From positions 1-64,000 of the forward strand of contig CAZALK010000010.1 of the NCBI GenBank assembly GCA_964486045.1: 64,000 nt of DNA, written 5' to 3'. The notes below the pieces were generated by a model, which was not told the DNA's origin, did no database searches, and worked only from the letters and a program-made list of their open reading frames with translations. Positions 50,836 to 60,121 of the stretch are shown here, piece by piece; position 1 is the stretch's first letter; every line of letters begins with the position of its first letter. The translations under genes were made by a program, and so were the position numbers. The stretch comes from an uncultured archaeon (GTDB lineage Archaea > Asgardarchaeota > Lokiarchaeia > Sigyniarchaeales > SOKP01).

Positions 50836-53208
50836 ATGAATTGCTTATTCTGTGAAAGCCAAAAAATCGATCACACATGCGAAAAATGTAAATCTAGCTT
50901 TTGCATTAATCATATTGCCACTACTGAAATTCATGAATGTAAGAAGCATAATATTATTTATTCAAAAGCAAAGGCAGCAGAAAGAAATTTTAAATGTACT
51001 ATTGTCGAAGATAGTGCGTGTCCTGTTTGTAAATCTCTTTTAAGATTGGAAAGATTATCATCAGGACAATATTATTTAGAATGTACAAATCCTCAGTGTC
51101 CTGATTCATGGAATTCTTATTTGAAAACTCCAGGTTTGTTTTTCCCTTCAAAGGAAAAACTAGCAAGAGAAGCCTTAAGGTACAATCTAATAAGAGGAAA
51201 TAGATTAATTTTATGCGGAAAGAGATTAAAACATATTATAGGGAAAGAAATATGTCCTAACTGCTTTTTGGATTTGTTAAAAAGAGCTACTCTCACTAAT
51301 TTTTCCACAATAATGGATTCTTTTAATATCACAGCAGAACAAATGATAAAATTTATTAATAAATATATAGGGGAAGAGAGAATCTATGGAATAATTGATC
51401 AGAAAAATCAAATGTTCTATTATATATCCCCTGAAATACGTGAAAAATTATTGGCCAAATTCAATGATGTTGGAATTATTAAAGTAGAAGATTTAGCAAC
51501 AATGTTAGATATGAGTAGCGAAATTGCCCGAAATGTAATCTATAAGTTAATTAGCCAATTTCAAATAAAAGGATCATTTTCACAAGACAAAAATGTTTAT
51601 TACACTCAAAAGTACGTAATGGATAGATTGATAAATAGTATTAAGAAGAAGGGAAGGATCTCTTTAAAAAACCTCGCAAATGAATTTAGCCTACCGAAAG
51701 AACTGGTAAAATCATTTTGTGTCAATTTAATGAGAGCAAAAGCCGTCAACGGTTATTTTGCTGATAGAGGTAATGAAGTAATTACTGCTGGTCAAATTCA
51801 TAGGGAGATTAAAGCTTTTGCTAAAAAAGAAGGATTATTTGAGCTTAATAAACTAGCTACAAAATTGAAAATAGCCGTAGAACTAGCCAGAAAAAGTCTT
51901 CATGAATTAATTAAAACCGGTAAAATTAAAGGTATATTTACTCAACGAAGAGAATTCATGACATTTAAGCATTTAGAAACAAAAATAAAAGATCTCGCAA
52001 GAGCTTATAGAACTATGCCCTTAAGAGAGCTATCAAACAGACTTGGAGTTACTGAATCAAGCATAGAGGAGAATCTGGCGCAAATTATTGCAAGAGGAGA
52101 TATTGATGGATATATAGACATGTCGAAAAGAACTTTTGTTGCCTATTCGGTGCCAATGGAGGAGAAACATAGAGTTAAGTCAAAAGTGACCAAACCATCT
52201 AATAATGGTAAGGTTGAAGTAACACGTGCCTATGATTTCATCGGAGGTCAGTTACACATGAAAATTGTAGTAACGAATAAGAGTGATATGGCTATAAATT
52301 CAGTAAAAGTTATCTTAGATGCCCCTTCAAGTTATAACATAAAAACACCTTTGATTAGTATCCCTTTTATTGAAGCAAATAACTCTAGAGGTGTCGATTT
52401 CTACTTAGAGCCAAAAGAGTGTGGAAAATCTTCAATTGGGGGAGATGTGATATACAAAACAGCCTTGGGGGAAAAAAGTACAATTCACATAAAAAAACGC
52501 GATGTTCAGATAAAATGCCCCCTTGTTGTTTCATGTTTATCAACAATCGAGGATGTCCAGCTTTCGATTCAAGATTTACCAAACGATGCACGTGCATTTT
52601 TGGTAGCAGACTTAGACCCTAGATTGGCTTATAGAGCTGCTGTTCGGACATTAAAACGTTTTGACGTAAGCACAGTAACGTCACATGAAGGAAAAGATGC
52701 TAAGGGAAAATATGAAGCAGAGAGTTGGCATTGTTCAGAAGCAAAGATCGGTGGAGGCAGAATAATAACCAGGATTTATGTCTCCGAGGTAAATCAATCA
52801 TTAGAAGTGAGAGTTTGGTGCGGGAGCGCTTCGCAATTAACTGGTTTCCTGGCGAAAGTTATTGAACTGTTATTTGAGGAAATCAACATCATTCGGAAGA
52901 TTAAATCAGAAGAGCGTGAGAAAACTATTGATTTAATGGCTATAACTCAAAATTTAGCTGAAGTTTCAGACTATTGTATGCTTAGATGGAAGGCTCAAAA
53001 CATCAGAACTAAATTACATGACACTTTCGTGCGTGTTAGGAAAGTTATTGGTGATAAAAATGAGGCAGTCCTCGGAAGGTTAGAGTTTTGGCTCACAGAA
53101 TTAAATAAATATGGTAAAGATGAGAAAATCTCTGAAGAAAATGCTGATAAACTTGTTAACGATGTAGAGAACTTCAAAGCTGTCATTGCCCGGTCTATAA
53201 AATTATAA
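50836..53208 (+). CDS. Multidomain protein: N-terminal Cys/His zinc fingers, about five tandem PCI-like winged-helix repeats, Ig-like (adaptin ear) plus platform-like domain, helical tail
   Basis: CxxC...CxxC...CxxH N-terminus. Repeated wing motifs IYGIID, IKGSFS, VNGYFA, IKGIFT, IDGYID. Beta-sandwich VEVTRAYDF...KIVVTN...VDFYLEP, followed by an alpha/beta segment. Confidence 0.7.
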   Translation: MNCLFCESQKIDHTCEKCKSSFCINHIATTEIHECKKHNIIYSKAKAAERNFKCTIVEDSACPVCKSLLRLERLSSGQYYLECTNPQCPDSWNSYLKTPGLFFPSKEKLAREALRYNLIRGNRLILCGKRLKHIIGKEICPNCFLDLLKRATLTNFSTIMDSFNITAEQMIKFINKYIGEERIYGIIDQKNQMFYYISPEIREKLLAKFNDVGIIKVEDLATMLDMSSEIARNVIYKLISQFQIKGSFSQDKNVYYTQKYVMDRLINSIKKKGRISLKNLANEFSLPKELVKSFCVNLMRAKAVNGYFADRGNEVITAGQIHREIKAFAKKEGLFELNKLATKLKIAVELARKSLHELIKTGKIKGIFTQRREFMTFKHLETKIKDLARAYRTMPLRELSNRLGVTESSIEENLAQIIARGDIDGYIDMSKRTFVAYSVPMEEKHRVKSKVTKPSNNGKVEVTRAYDFIGGQLHMKIVVTNKSDMAINSVKVILDAPSSYNIKTPLISIPFIEANNSRGVDFYLEPKECGKSSIGGDVIYKTALGEKSTIHIKKRDVQIKCPLVVSCLSTIEDVQLSIQDLPNDARAFLVADLDPRLAYRAAVRTLKRFDVSTVTSHEGKDAKGKYEAESWHCSEAKIGGGRIITRIYVSEVNQSLEVRVWCGSASQLTGFLAKVIELLFEEINIIRKIKSEEREKTIDLMAITQNLAEVSDYCMLRWKAQNIRTKLHDTFVRVRKVIGDKNEAVLGRLEFWLTELNKYGKDEKISEENADKLVNDVENFKAVIARSIKL

Positions 53209-53283
53209 AATAATTCCCAATAAAAGTTTAAATATTTTGATTTGATCATTATTATTAATATAACAATATAACAAAACCTAATT

Positions 53284-53697
53284 ATGCCCATTATATCTAT
53301 TTCCATCAATGAAAGCCTTAAAAAATTCATTAATAAACTAATCTCAAAAAATCAATATGAGAATAAATCAAAATTGATAAGAGATGCATTATTGAGACTA
53401 ATGTCTACAGTAGATATTTCTAGTATTGATGATGTTAGCGATTCAGGCCCAGCTCCTAAGAATATTGTTGGAAACATGATTCTTGTCGCACCCAACGACT
53501 CGAATATTCAAAAAAAGATAAATAGGATTGAAAGTAAATATAAAGACCAAATTATAAGCAAGAACCAAAACTTTGTTGATCAAAGCGTAGTAATGTTTAT
53601 GATATTTGAGGGAAAACTTCAAGATTTCCAAAAACTGGTTGTTGAAATAAACAGTATTGAAGAACTCAAAAATTTCAGGTATCTTATTATAAATTAA
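53284..53697 (+). CDS. NikR-like regulator (RHH plus ACT) lacking the nickel ligands
   Basis: PIISISI...YENKSKLIRDAL is an RHH domain. The ACT-like C-terminus has no His or Cys. Confidence 0.75.
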   Translation: MPIISISINESLKKFINKLISKNQYENKSKLIRDALLRLMSTVDISSIDDVSDSGPAPKNIVGNMILVAPNDSNIQKKINRIESKYKDQIISKNQNFVDQSVVMFMIFEGKLQDFQKLVVEINSIEELKNFRYLIIN

Positions 53698-53779
53698 GTC
53701 TCATACTTTTTTCATCAAAGCTGAAATACTGTTTTAAAAGCTATTAAATTATAAATTCAAGTTACATTGTGAGATTATC

Positions 53780-54139
53780 ATGGGAAAAAACAGGTATGGA
53801 AAAGTTAGACAGAAAAAAGGGAAAAATTTTCCAGGAAGATCTAGTAAAAAGGGAGATCCAATACGGAATGGGAAAATCAAGGCGAGTCATATTTTAGTTG
53901 ACAAATTTAGCAAGGCTCAAGAAATATATGAAGATTTAGGAGCGGGAGAGAGCTTTCAAAAGTTAGCTCAACAATATTCAACTTGTCCTAGTAAGAAGAA
54001 AGGTGGAAACTTAGGTGAATTTTCAAAAGGAGATATGGTCCCTGAGTTCTGGAATACTTGTACTAAATTAAAATTGGGCAATATTTCTCAACCTGTTAAA
54101 ACTCAATTTGGATATCACGTTATAAAACGAACTGGTTAG
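53780..54139 (+). CDS. Parvulin-type peptidyl-prolyl isomerase with a basic N-terminal extension
   Basis: ASHILV, YSTCPS..KGGNLG, MVPEF, PVKTQFGYHVI. Confidence 0.93.
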   Translation: MGKNRYGKVRQKKGKNFPGRSSKKGDPIRNGKIKASHILVDKFSKAQEIYEDLGAGESFQKLAQQYSTCPSKKKGGNLGEFSKGDMVPEFWNTCTKLKLGNISQPVKTQFGYHVIKRTG

Positions 54140-54147
54140 AAGAAAAA

Positions 54148-54280
54148 TAGCCCAGCACGGAATTCCGAATAACGATAAGTTCATTAAATTTTCGAACCGT
54201 GGTCCAGGGGTTCAGGGCCCCCGATGCTTGACCTTTACACTATTGAGCAACAATCATGCTCAATTCTACACCACTGGGCT
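54148..54280 (-). tRNA. tRNA-Gln(CUG) with two introns (D-loop ~54236-54265, T-loop 59/60 at 54162-54190)
   Basis: Acceptor stem AGCCCAG/CTGGGCT with A73 (A1-U72, typical of archaeal Gln). D arm GTGTAG...GGTCAAGCAT. Anticodon arm GGGGG-CCCTGAA-CCCCT. T arm CACGG-TTCGAA^T-CCGTG. Removing both inserts gives about 74 nt. Confidence 0.85.
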
Positions 54281-54413
54281 GTATTAATAATTAATTATGA
54301 TTAATAATCTATTTTTTCTAAAAAATTTATGCTATTTGCTGAAATCTTGATATCTAATAGGAGAAAGCCAGCTAAAAATAGCCAATTTTTAATTACAAAT
54401 TTATTGTAAAATA

Positions 54414-54428
54414 GGAAAAATTTATTTA
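54414..54428 (+). promoter_or_regulatory. Putative BRE/TATA promoter for the structured RNA at 54450
   Basis: Purine-rich GGAAAAA followed by TTTATTTA, starting about 30 nt upstream of the 5' stem (G54451). Confidence 0.45.
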
Positions 54429-54449
54429 CTAAGATCGATATTAATTTTA

Positions 54450-54616
54450 TGGATTACACATTCTTAATGGGAGGTCTCGAAAAGGTATCAGTTTCAAAAA
54501 CTAATTTTTAAACCCCGTGAAAGTCTCGGTATCAAGCCGTATTTCGGGAAACTGAAAAAAAAACCTAGTAAACTGTTTTACTTTTTTTACAATTTTTCCT
54601 CCTATGGTGTAATCCA
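54450..54616 (+). ncRNA. Putative structured non-coding RNA of unknown family
   Basis: Nested helices: TGGATTACAC/GTGTAATCCA, ATGGGAGG/CCTCCTAT, GGT/ACC, TCAGTTTC/GAAACTGA, CGGT-atcaa-GCCG, AGTAAA-ctgt-TTTACT. G-U pairs favour the + strand. No long ORF. Confidence 0.6.
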
Positions 54617-54696
54617 CCCTTTCTAAATTAAAATAGTATGTGATATTAGTATATTATCAACAGGTTAGAATTCAGAATATGGAAATCAGGCTTATT

Positions 54697-55902
54697 TTAT
54701 TCTTTATGAAATAGTTCGAATATTTCGTAAAAATACTTGTCTGACATACCTGCCATATAATCTCTAACAATTAAGGTTAGTTTATTCGTCTTTTTTAAAG
54801 GTTTAAAATATGTGCTATAATTTTTATCGTCAATATATTCAATATGATCCTTAAAAATTGGGCTATTAAAATTTTCTTCCTTTAGATCTACTAAACACTT
54901 ATCAAAGATTTGTTTAAACTTACTTTTTAATCTTTCTACAAAATTTTCATATGATAAAACTTTGTTATCTCTCCTAGTGTATATGTTTTCATAATTAAAT
55001 TTCTTCAATTCCCTTAAAGCTTGGAAAATATTATCACTGTAACCAATGACATCATTATCCAAACTGAAATTAAGTAAGTCAGTTATTAAAGTGTTAATAA
55101 TCATTGCATTTGTATCTCCAAGTACTTTTTTGCATGATTCTGGGATTTGGTCTCGATTTATAAGCTTTAGTAGTATAGCATCCTCAATATCCCTTCCAAT
55201 ATAGGCAATTGAATCACTAAGTCTTACGACAATGCCCTCAAAACTCATAGGAATTCTTTTAATTTTGTTTTCATTAAAACAATCTTTATATTCTGAAAAA
55301 TAAACTTCCCAAGTTTTTCCGTTTCGTTTATATGGCTTCAATTCTTGTTCATTTACCTCACCATCATGGCAAAGTATACCATCTAACACTTGCAAAGTTA
55401 AGTTAAGCCCTTTAGCAGGTTTATCCGGGTGTTGTTTTTCAAGATTAGAAAGCCATCTTACTCCTTGTGCATTATGCAAAAAAGTACCCATGCTGTATTC
55501 CCTACTAATGTCATCTAAGATTTCTTCACCGAGGTGACCATAAGGGGCGTGGCCTATGTCATGTCCTAAGGCTATTCCTTCGATTAAATCTGTGTTTAAT
55601 CTTAAAACTCGGCCTATTTGGCGAGCTATTCTTGAAACTATATGTACATGAAGTGAACGATGGGTAATATTGGCATTATTTATCTCAAAGAAGACTTGGG
55701 ATTTATCTATATATCGAGCATAAGCTCTCGAATGTACAATGCGGTCCACATCTCTAAAAAAAGGAGGTCTAATATCTTCACTTTCTTCTTCATGAAATCG
55801 AGTAGCTTCCGAGTCCAATATCCCATGGATCCCCACATTAACATCTCTTTTCATTCTTGCTTGTAATTGCTCAGAAATTTTCTTATCCATTACTTTATTC
55901 AA
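54697..55902 (-). CDS. HD-domain dGTP triphosphohydrolase-like protein
   Basis: FFRDVDRIVHSRAYARYIDKSQV, HRSLH, ALGHDIGHAPYGHLGE, DSIAY...DIEDA, DYMAGMSD. Confidence 0.88.
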   Translation of the reverse strand: MNKVMDKKISEQLQARMKRDVNVGIHGILDSEATRFHEEESEDIRPPFFRDVDRIVHSRAYARYIDKSQVFFEINNANITHRSLHVHIVSRIARQIGRVLRLNTDLIEGIALGHDIGHAPYGHLGEEILDDISREYSMGTFLHNAQGVRWLSNLEKQHPDKPAKGLNLTLQVLDGILCHDGEVNEQELKPYKRNGKTWEVYFSEYKDCFNENKIKRIPMSFEGIVVRLSDSIAYIGRDIEDAILLKLINRDQIPESCKKVLGDTNAMIINTLITDLLNFSLDNDVIGYSDNIFQALRELKKFNYENIYTRRDNKVLSYENFVERLKSKFKQIFDKCLVDLKEENFNSPIFKDHIEYIDDKNYSTYFKPLKKTNKLTLIVRDYMAGMSDKYFYEIFELFHKE

Positions 55903-56037
55903 ACCTTTGAGAATTTTCCTTAATATATGAGTAGAACTATTAAAATAAAGGTTTATCTTATCAAAAAATTTGATTCATCAAACTTAATTAGGTAAATCTG
56001 AAGCTTTGGCTTGAAATTTTCCTCATAAATATTGATT

Positions 56038-56985
56038 TTATCCAAATTTAATGGTAATAGCGTCATAAGGACATAATTCTTTGCATTTCAAGCAGAAATT
56101 GCATTCTCCTTTACCGGTAAAAAACTCAAATGGTTCATCTAACATTCTAATTTGTTTTGGGCAGGTTTTTTCGCATATACCGCATTCAGCCCTTCCTACA
56201 CATTTTACAGGGTTCCTTGATAACTTCAAGAATGAAAATTCTCCCACTGCTGAAGCTACTGCTCCAAATGGGCAAATATACTTACAATAAATTCTTGGAT
56301 ACCATACTGATAAGACTATTACTATTAAATAAAAGATAAAGATGATAAATGTTAGTAAATTGGAGAATAATGGTTGTAGGCTCCCTGTGAGAATCATATC
56401 TCTAAGCATATTTGGGAAGAAAACAAAAATGTATTCAGATAAAGAAAAATAGCCCATAGGTTTTTCTCCAAGAGCTCCTATATTATTTCTATAATCTATA
56501 TAGAAGAGATTGTTTGATATTTTTGAAATCCCTAAAGGAATGATGAGAATTATGATTATTATCACAATCACATATTTAACTTTTAATAATGATTTATGCA
56601 TGTTTGTTTTTATATTCTTTTTCTTTGTTGGAATAGCCGTACATACATCTTGAATAGCGCCGATTGGACAAATCCAGCCACAAAATACACGATTTGTAAA
56701 TAAAAGTATCATTATTAATAACGCGATTAGAAATAATGGAATTATTCCTTCGGTGATTGAGAAGAAAATATATTCCAGAATTCCAGCCCCATTTGAGAGA
56801 GAATTTCTTGGAGAATTTAAAATTGGAAGAACTTTAATAAGGTTGTCTAAACTTAATAGATTGATTGAAAAAATTACTTCTATAATAATATAATTGATTA
56901 ATAGAAACGCAATAACTTGAATAACTCTTCTCAATATAGTTATTGGTTGATTTTTTAACTTATTTTTAAAGCTTATTATATTCAA
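56038..56985 (-). CDS. Membrane 4Fe-4S-binding protein (NapH/MauN-like)
   Basis: RVFCGWICPIG, YCKYICPFG, CxxCxxxCP twice. Confidence 0.88.
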   Translation of the reverse strand: MNIISFKNKLKNQPITILRRVIQVIAFLLINYIIIEVIFSINLLSLDNLIKVLPILNSPRNSLSNGAGILEYIFFSITEGIIPLFLIALLIMILLFTNRVFCGWICPIGAIQDVCTAIPTKKKNIKTNMHKSLLKVKYVIVIIIIILIIPLGISKISNNLFYIDYRNNIGALGEKPMGYFSLSEYIFVFFPNMLRDMILTGSLQPLFSNLLTFIIFIFYLIVIVLSVWYPRIYCKYICPFGAVASAVGEFSFLKLSRNPVKCVGRAECGICEKTCPKQIRMLDEPFEFFTGKGECNFCLKCKELCPYDAITIKFG

Positions 56986-57177
56986 AAATTACCACATAAC
57001 ACTCTTTTAAAAAGTTTAATTAATACTGTTTAAAAAAATTAATTCTTCTGTAGAAGAAAATTCATTTGAATGATTATCGTATTATTTAATAATTCTTATG
57101 AAAAATTGAATTAAAAAATAAAGAGAAAAAGATCTTTACAACTAAATGTGATGTTTCTACTGTATTCTAAAGATAGA

Positions 57178-59088
57178 TCACTTTAAGACAACAGTTTCCA
57201 AGTTCAATGGACTTTTTGTTTGTTTTCTTAACTTTTTATGAATCATCGTTGACAAACTCACACATTTAGAAGCTTCACCATGGTTAACTATTATTGATTT
57301 TGGTCTTGGTTGAATTCTTCTTAAAAATTGGGAGATCTGGCTACGAGAAGAATGTCCGCTAAAACCTTCAAGTGTAAATACTTTTAGATTTATCTTTACT
57401 AGTTGTGTGCGTCCTTTTGCATCAATATAGTTAAATTCCTTGAATCCACGATGGATTCTATTCCCAAGAGTGCCTGAAACTTGATAAGAAACGAAGACTA
57501 ATGAATTCTTTGAGTCTTCAGCTAATGCTTTTAAGTATTGAACAGATGGACCACCTATAAGCATTCCACTTGTAGCTAAGATAATACAAGGCCCCCCCTT
57601 TATAATATCAAGTCTTTCAGATTGAGCAGAAACTGTTTCAAAGAAATCACTTAAAAAGGGATTTTTTCCTTGATGTAAAATCTTCTCTCGTAAATCACTA
57701 CTAAGAAAGTCTGGATTAGCTGTGTGAATAGCAGTAGCTTCACTTATTAAACCATCAATAAAAATAGGTACTCTATCAATAAATCCTTTAGTGATATATT
57801 CTTCTAAGACTATTAATAATTCCTGAGCTCGCCCTACAGCAAGAACGGGAATCAAGACTTTTCCACCCCTTTTAAGCGTAGAGTTTAATATCTGTTTAAA
57901 TTCTTTTTCAGATTCTTGCCTACTAGCTATACGATCTTGAGGTCCCCCATACGTTGATTCAATTAATAGGGTTTCCACTCTTGGAAATTTGGTCGCTGCT
58001 TTTTCTAATAATCGAGTTTTCTGAAATTTAAAATCTCCCGTGTATACAAAATTATAGTCACCTTTTCCAAAATGTAAATGTACCATTGAGGATCCTAAGA
58101 TATGGCCTGAATTATGAAGAGTTAATTTAATATCGGGAGCAATATCTGTCACTTTACCCCAAGAGAGAGGAATTGTATGAAGAACAGTGGTTTTAACATC
58201 TCTTTTTGAATATGGTAGGGGAGATCCTTCTTTCTCACAAATTTGAATGAAATCTAATTGCAACATTGTTGCTAAATTTCTCGTAGGTAATGTGCAATAT
58301 ACAGGACCACGATACCCGTATTTAAAAAGAAATGGAACAAGCCCACAATGATCTAAATGAGAATGAGAAATAATAACAGCATCAAGATCTCTTAGTGAGA
58401 ATTCTGGTGCCTCAAAATAGGGGAATTTATCATGAGGACTTCCGACATTCAATCCAACATCCAGTAAAACACTGCTATCTCTTGTCTGCATTAATACACA
58501 AGATCTACCTACCTCTCGAAAACCTCCTAAGGCAGTTAATCTTATGTTCAAGTTCCTAAACAGAGCTGGTCTATGAATTCTCTTACCTATTTGTAATAAA
58601 ATATCTTTTTGCGTTTGTCTCTCTTTTTTCAGCATACCCCTAATTAATTGAATGGTTCTAGATGCTAATGGAGGTGTCCTAATGGTTCTAGGTTGCCAAA
58701 ATGTATTTGCTCTTATATCCTTTAAATTCACTCCTTTTTTACCAATAACAAGCCCAGGCTTCCCTGATTCAATAATGACTTCACCCCGTGTGTGATCAAA
58801 CTCTATTACGCCAATCTCTGCATCCTTACTAACTAAATTTCTAATGTAATCTTCAGTTTCAGTTGGATCCTTGCGTTTGTCTACATTCCATCGGAAAACA
58901 ACACGTTTTCGCATAGTTTTCGCAAGATCTTTAAGCACAGTAGAATTTTCAATAGCTTCTACGTCTGCATTCTCTGAATATACAGCAATCTCAGGACCTT
59001 CGAACTCTATTTTCTTAACTTTAATTTCAGGTGGAAGAATTTCGACAATTTCATTTTTAATCCTTTGTAATTCTCCTTCAAAACTCAT
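57178..59088 (-). CDS. fttA: Beta-CASP ribonuclease aCPSF1 (transcription termination factor FttA)
   Basis: EFEGPE, KH motif KPGLVIGK, LGGFREVGRS, SHSHLDH, GHILGS, ESTYG, GFSGHS, NHGE. Confidence 0.95.
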   Translation of the reverse strand: MSFEGELQRIKNEIVEILPPEIKVKKIEFEGPEIAVYSENADVEAIENSTVLKDLAKTMRKRVVFRWNVDKRKDPTETEDYIRNLVSKDAEIGVIEFDHTRGEVIIESGKPGLVIGKKGVNLKDIRANTFWQPRTIRTPPLASRTIQLIRGMLKKERQTQKDILLQIGKRIHRPALFRNLNIRLTALGGFREVGRSCVLMQTRDSSVLLDVGLNVGSPHDKFPYFEAPEFSLRDLDAVIISHSHLDHCGLVPFLFKYGYRGPVYCTLPTRNLATMLQLDFIQICEKEGSPLPYSKRDVKTTVLHTIPLSWGKVTDIAPDIKLTLHNSGHILGSSMVHLHFGKGDYNFVYTGDFKFQKTRLLEKAATKFPRVETLLIESTYGGPQDRIASRQESEKEFKQILNSTLKRGGKVLIPVLAVGRAQELLIVLEEYITKGFIDRVPIFIDGLISEATAIHTANPDFLSSDLREKILHQGKNPFLSDFFETVSAQSERLDIIKGGPCIILATSGMLIGGPSVQYLKALAEDSKNSLVFVSYQVSGTLGNRIHRGFKEFNYIDAKGRTQLVKINLKVFTLEGFSGHSSRSQISQFLRRIQPRPKSIIVNHGEASKCVSLSTMIHKKLRKQTKSPLNLETVVLK

Positions 59089-59470
59089 AACTCTTCATTC
59101 ATTTATTTATTTATGTTATACAATATATGCAATTATTTCTAAAAATGCAAGTTTAAAACCTATTTTCTTCTGAATTATCATTAAAAGTTCATGTTGAATT
59201 ATTGATTTAGTAAACTCAAAATTTCATTTATATATGTTTATGCTTTGACATTTGGTAAATACAATTTTTACATAAATAGGATAGTTTTCTCTCACAACAG
59301 ATTTACAATAGAAGAGAATAATTTTTAGAATGAAATAATTCTAAATTTCTATGTTAGATATAAATTAATCAAATAAAAACATTATGTTTATTGAAAAAAC
59401 AGTCATATAAATACTATTTCTCTTCTCTCGAATAGATAGATTTTTTTGAAAATAATTCTTAGATTGAATT

Positions 59471-60103
59471 ATGGGAAAAGTTAAAATTGGGGCTATTGCT
59501 AGTGGAAGTGGTTCTAACTTTGAGTCTATTGTCGCATCATGTGAAACTGGAATTTTAAAGGAAAAAGCTACTATGGAAATTCTTATTTGTAACAAACCAG
59601 GAATGTATTGCATGGCACGAGCTAAAAATCATAATATTCCATACGAACTCATTGAATCAGATAAATTTAAGGGAACAAGGGAAGAGTTTGACCAAAAAAT
59701 GATTAACGTCTTGGATAAATACGGATGTGAATTAATTGTGCTAGTAGGTTATATGAGATTTGTTAGCAAAATGTTTATTGATTATTTTAAGGGTAACGCT
59801 ATGAATATACATCCAGCACTTCTTCCTTCTTTTAAGGGAATGCACGCTCATGAAGACGCATTAACTTATGGTGTTAAAATTTCGGGAGTTACAGTTCATT
59901 TTGTCGACCCTTTAGAAGATCATGGACCAATAATTATACAACACGCTGTTCCTGTATATGACACAGATACGAAGGACACATTAGGGTCTAGAATTCTTAA
60001 ATTGGAACATAAAGCTTTTCCAAAAGCTATTGAATTATTCTGTGATGGAAGATTGCATACAGACGGGAGAATTGTTAGGATCGATGGTGAAGTTAATCTA
60101 TAA
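59471..60103 (+). CDS. purN: Phosphoribosylglycinamide formyltransferase
   Basis: SGSGSNF, GYMR, NIHPALLPSF.G, GVTVHFVD...DHGPII. Confidence 0.95.
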   Translation: MGKVKIGAIASGSGSNFESIVASCETGILKEKATMEILICNKPGMYCMARAKNHNIPYELIESDKFKGTREEFDQKMINVLDKYGCELIVLVGYMRFVSKMFIDYFKGNAMNIHPALLPSFKGMHAHEDALTYGVKISGVTVHFVDPLEDHGPIIIQHAVPVYDTDTKDTLGSRILKLEHKAFPKAIELFCDGRLHTDGRIVRIDGEVNL

Positions 60104-60121
60104 AATCCATTAATTTATTAT

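Noticed and set aside
54450-54616. RNase P or SRP RNA identity (GTGAAAGTCTC resembles the RNase P CR-I motif)
   Set aside because: Too short, with no matching CR-V/P4 partner and no SRP helix-8 motif.
59365-59613. 82-aa minus-strand ORF
   Set aside because: Antisense to purN and its promoter region.
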